NCBI RefSeq assembly: GCF_006345805.1
Contig: NC_043010.1
Coordinates: 1,736,001 to 1,800,000, forward strand
DNA: 64,000 nucleotides
Source: Octopus sinensis
Taxonomy: Eukaryota
Reading direction: 5' to 3'
The translations under genes and the position numbers were made by a program. Below are positions 63,826 to 64,000 of the stretch, one piece after another. The notes beneath the pieces were generated by a model. It was not told the origin of the DNA, did no database searches, and worked only from the letters and a program-made list of their open reading frames with translations. Every line of letters begins with the position of its first letter. Position 1 is the stretch's first letter.

Positions 63826-64000
63826 TATTTCTTTACTACCCACAAAGGGCTAAACAAGGACATAGAAAGGGATTAAATCGATTACATCGACCCCAGTGCG
63901 TAACTGGTACTTAATTTATCGACCCCGAAAGGATGAAAGGCAAAGTCGACCTCGGCGGAATTTGAACTCAGAACGTAACTGCAGACGAAATACGGCTACG
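63826..64000 (-). mobile_element. SINE family B, running off the window end
   Basis: ATCGACCCCGAAAGGATGAAAGGCAAAGTCGACCTCGGCGGAATTTGAACTCAG. Confidence 0.85.

Overview
Repeat-dominated animal genomic DNA, very probably octopus (coleoid-type protocadherin; abundant tRNA-derived SINEs; (TA)n, (AAT)n and (GATA)n tracts). Only one protein-coding segment is supportable: a minus-strand 800-codon protocadherin exon (ATG 8653 to splice donor 6254) encoding signal peptide, six cadherin repeats, a TM helix and the start of the cytoplasmic tail. It has a strong acceptor at 8735 and a consensus donor at 6253; partner exons were not confidently found. The rest is SINEs of several families, non-LTR remnants (Tx1/L1-like, Dong/R4-like, Hero-like), about 15 MITEs with readable TIRs/TSDs, minisatellites and microsatellites. 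Most interesting signal: minus-strand minimal hammerhead-ribozyme motifs of the Penelope type in at least two small repeat families, all abutting (TA)n tracts. One family has a tRNA-type Pol III head, and one copy with a canonical core lies sense to the protocadherin in its presumed downstream intron. The protocadherin also appears to lack most calcium ligands at the EC3-EC4 junction. All structures were read by eye; repeat boundaries are approximate unless a TSD is given, and family names are by resemblance only, not database search.
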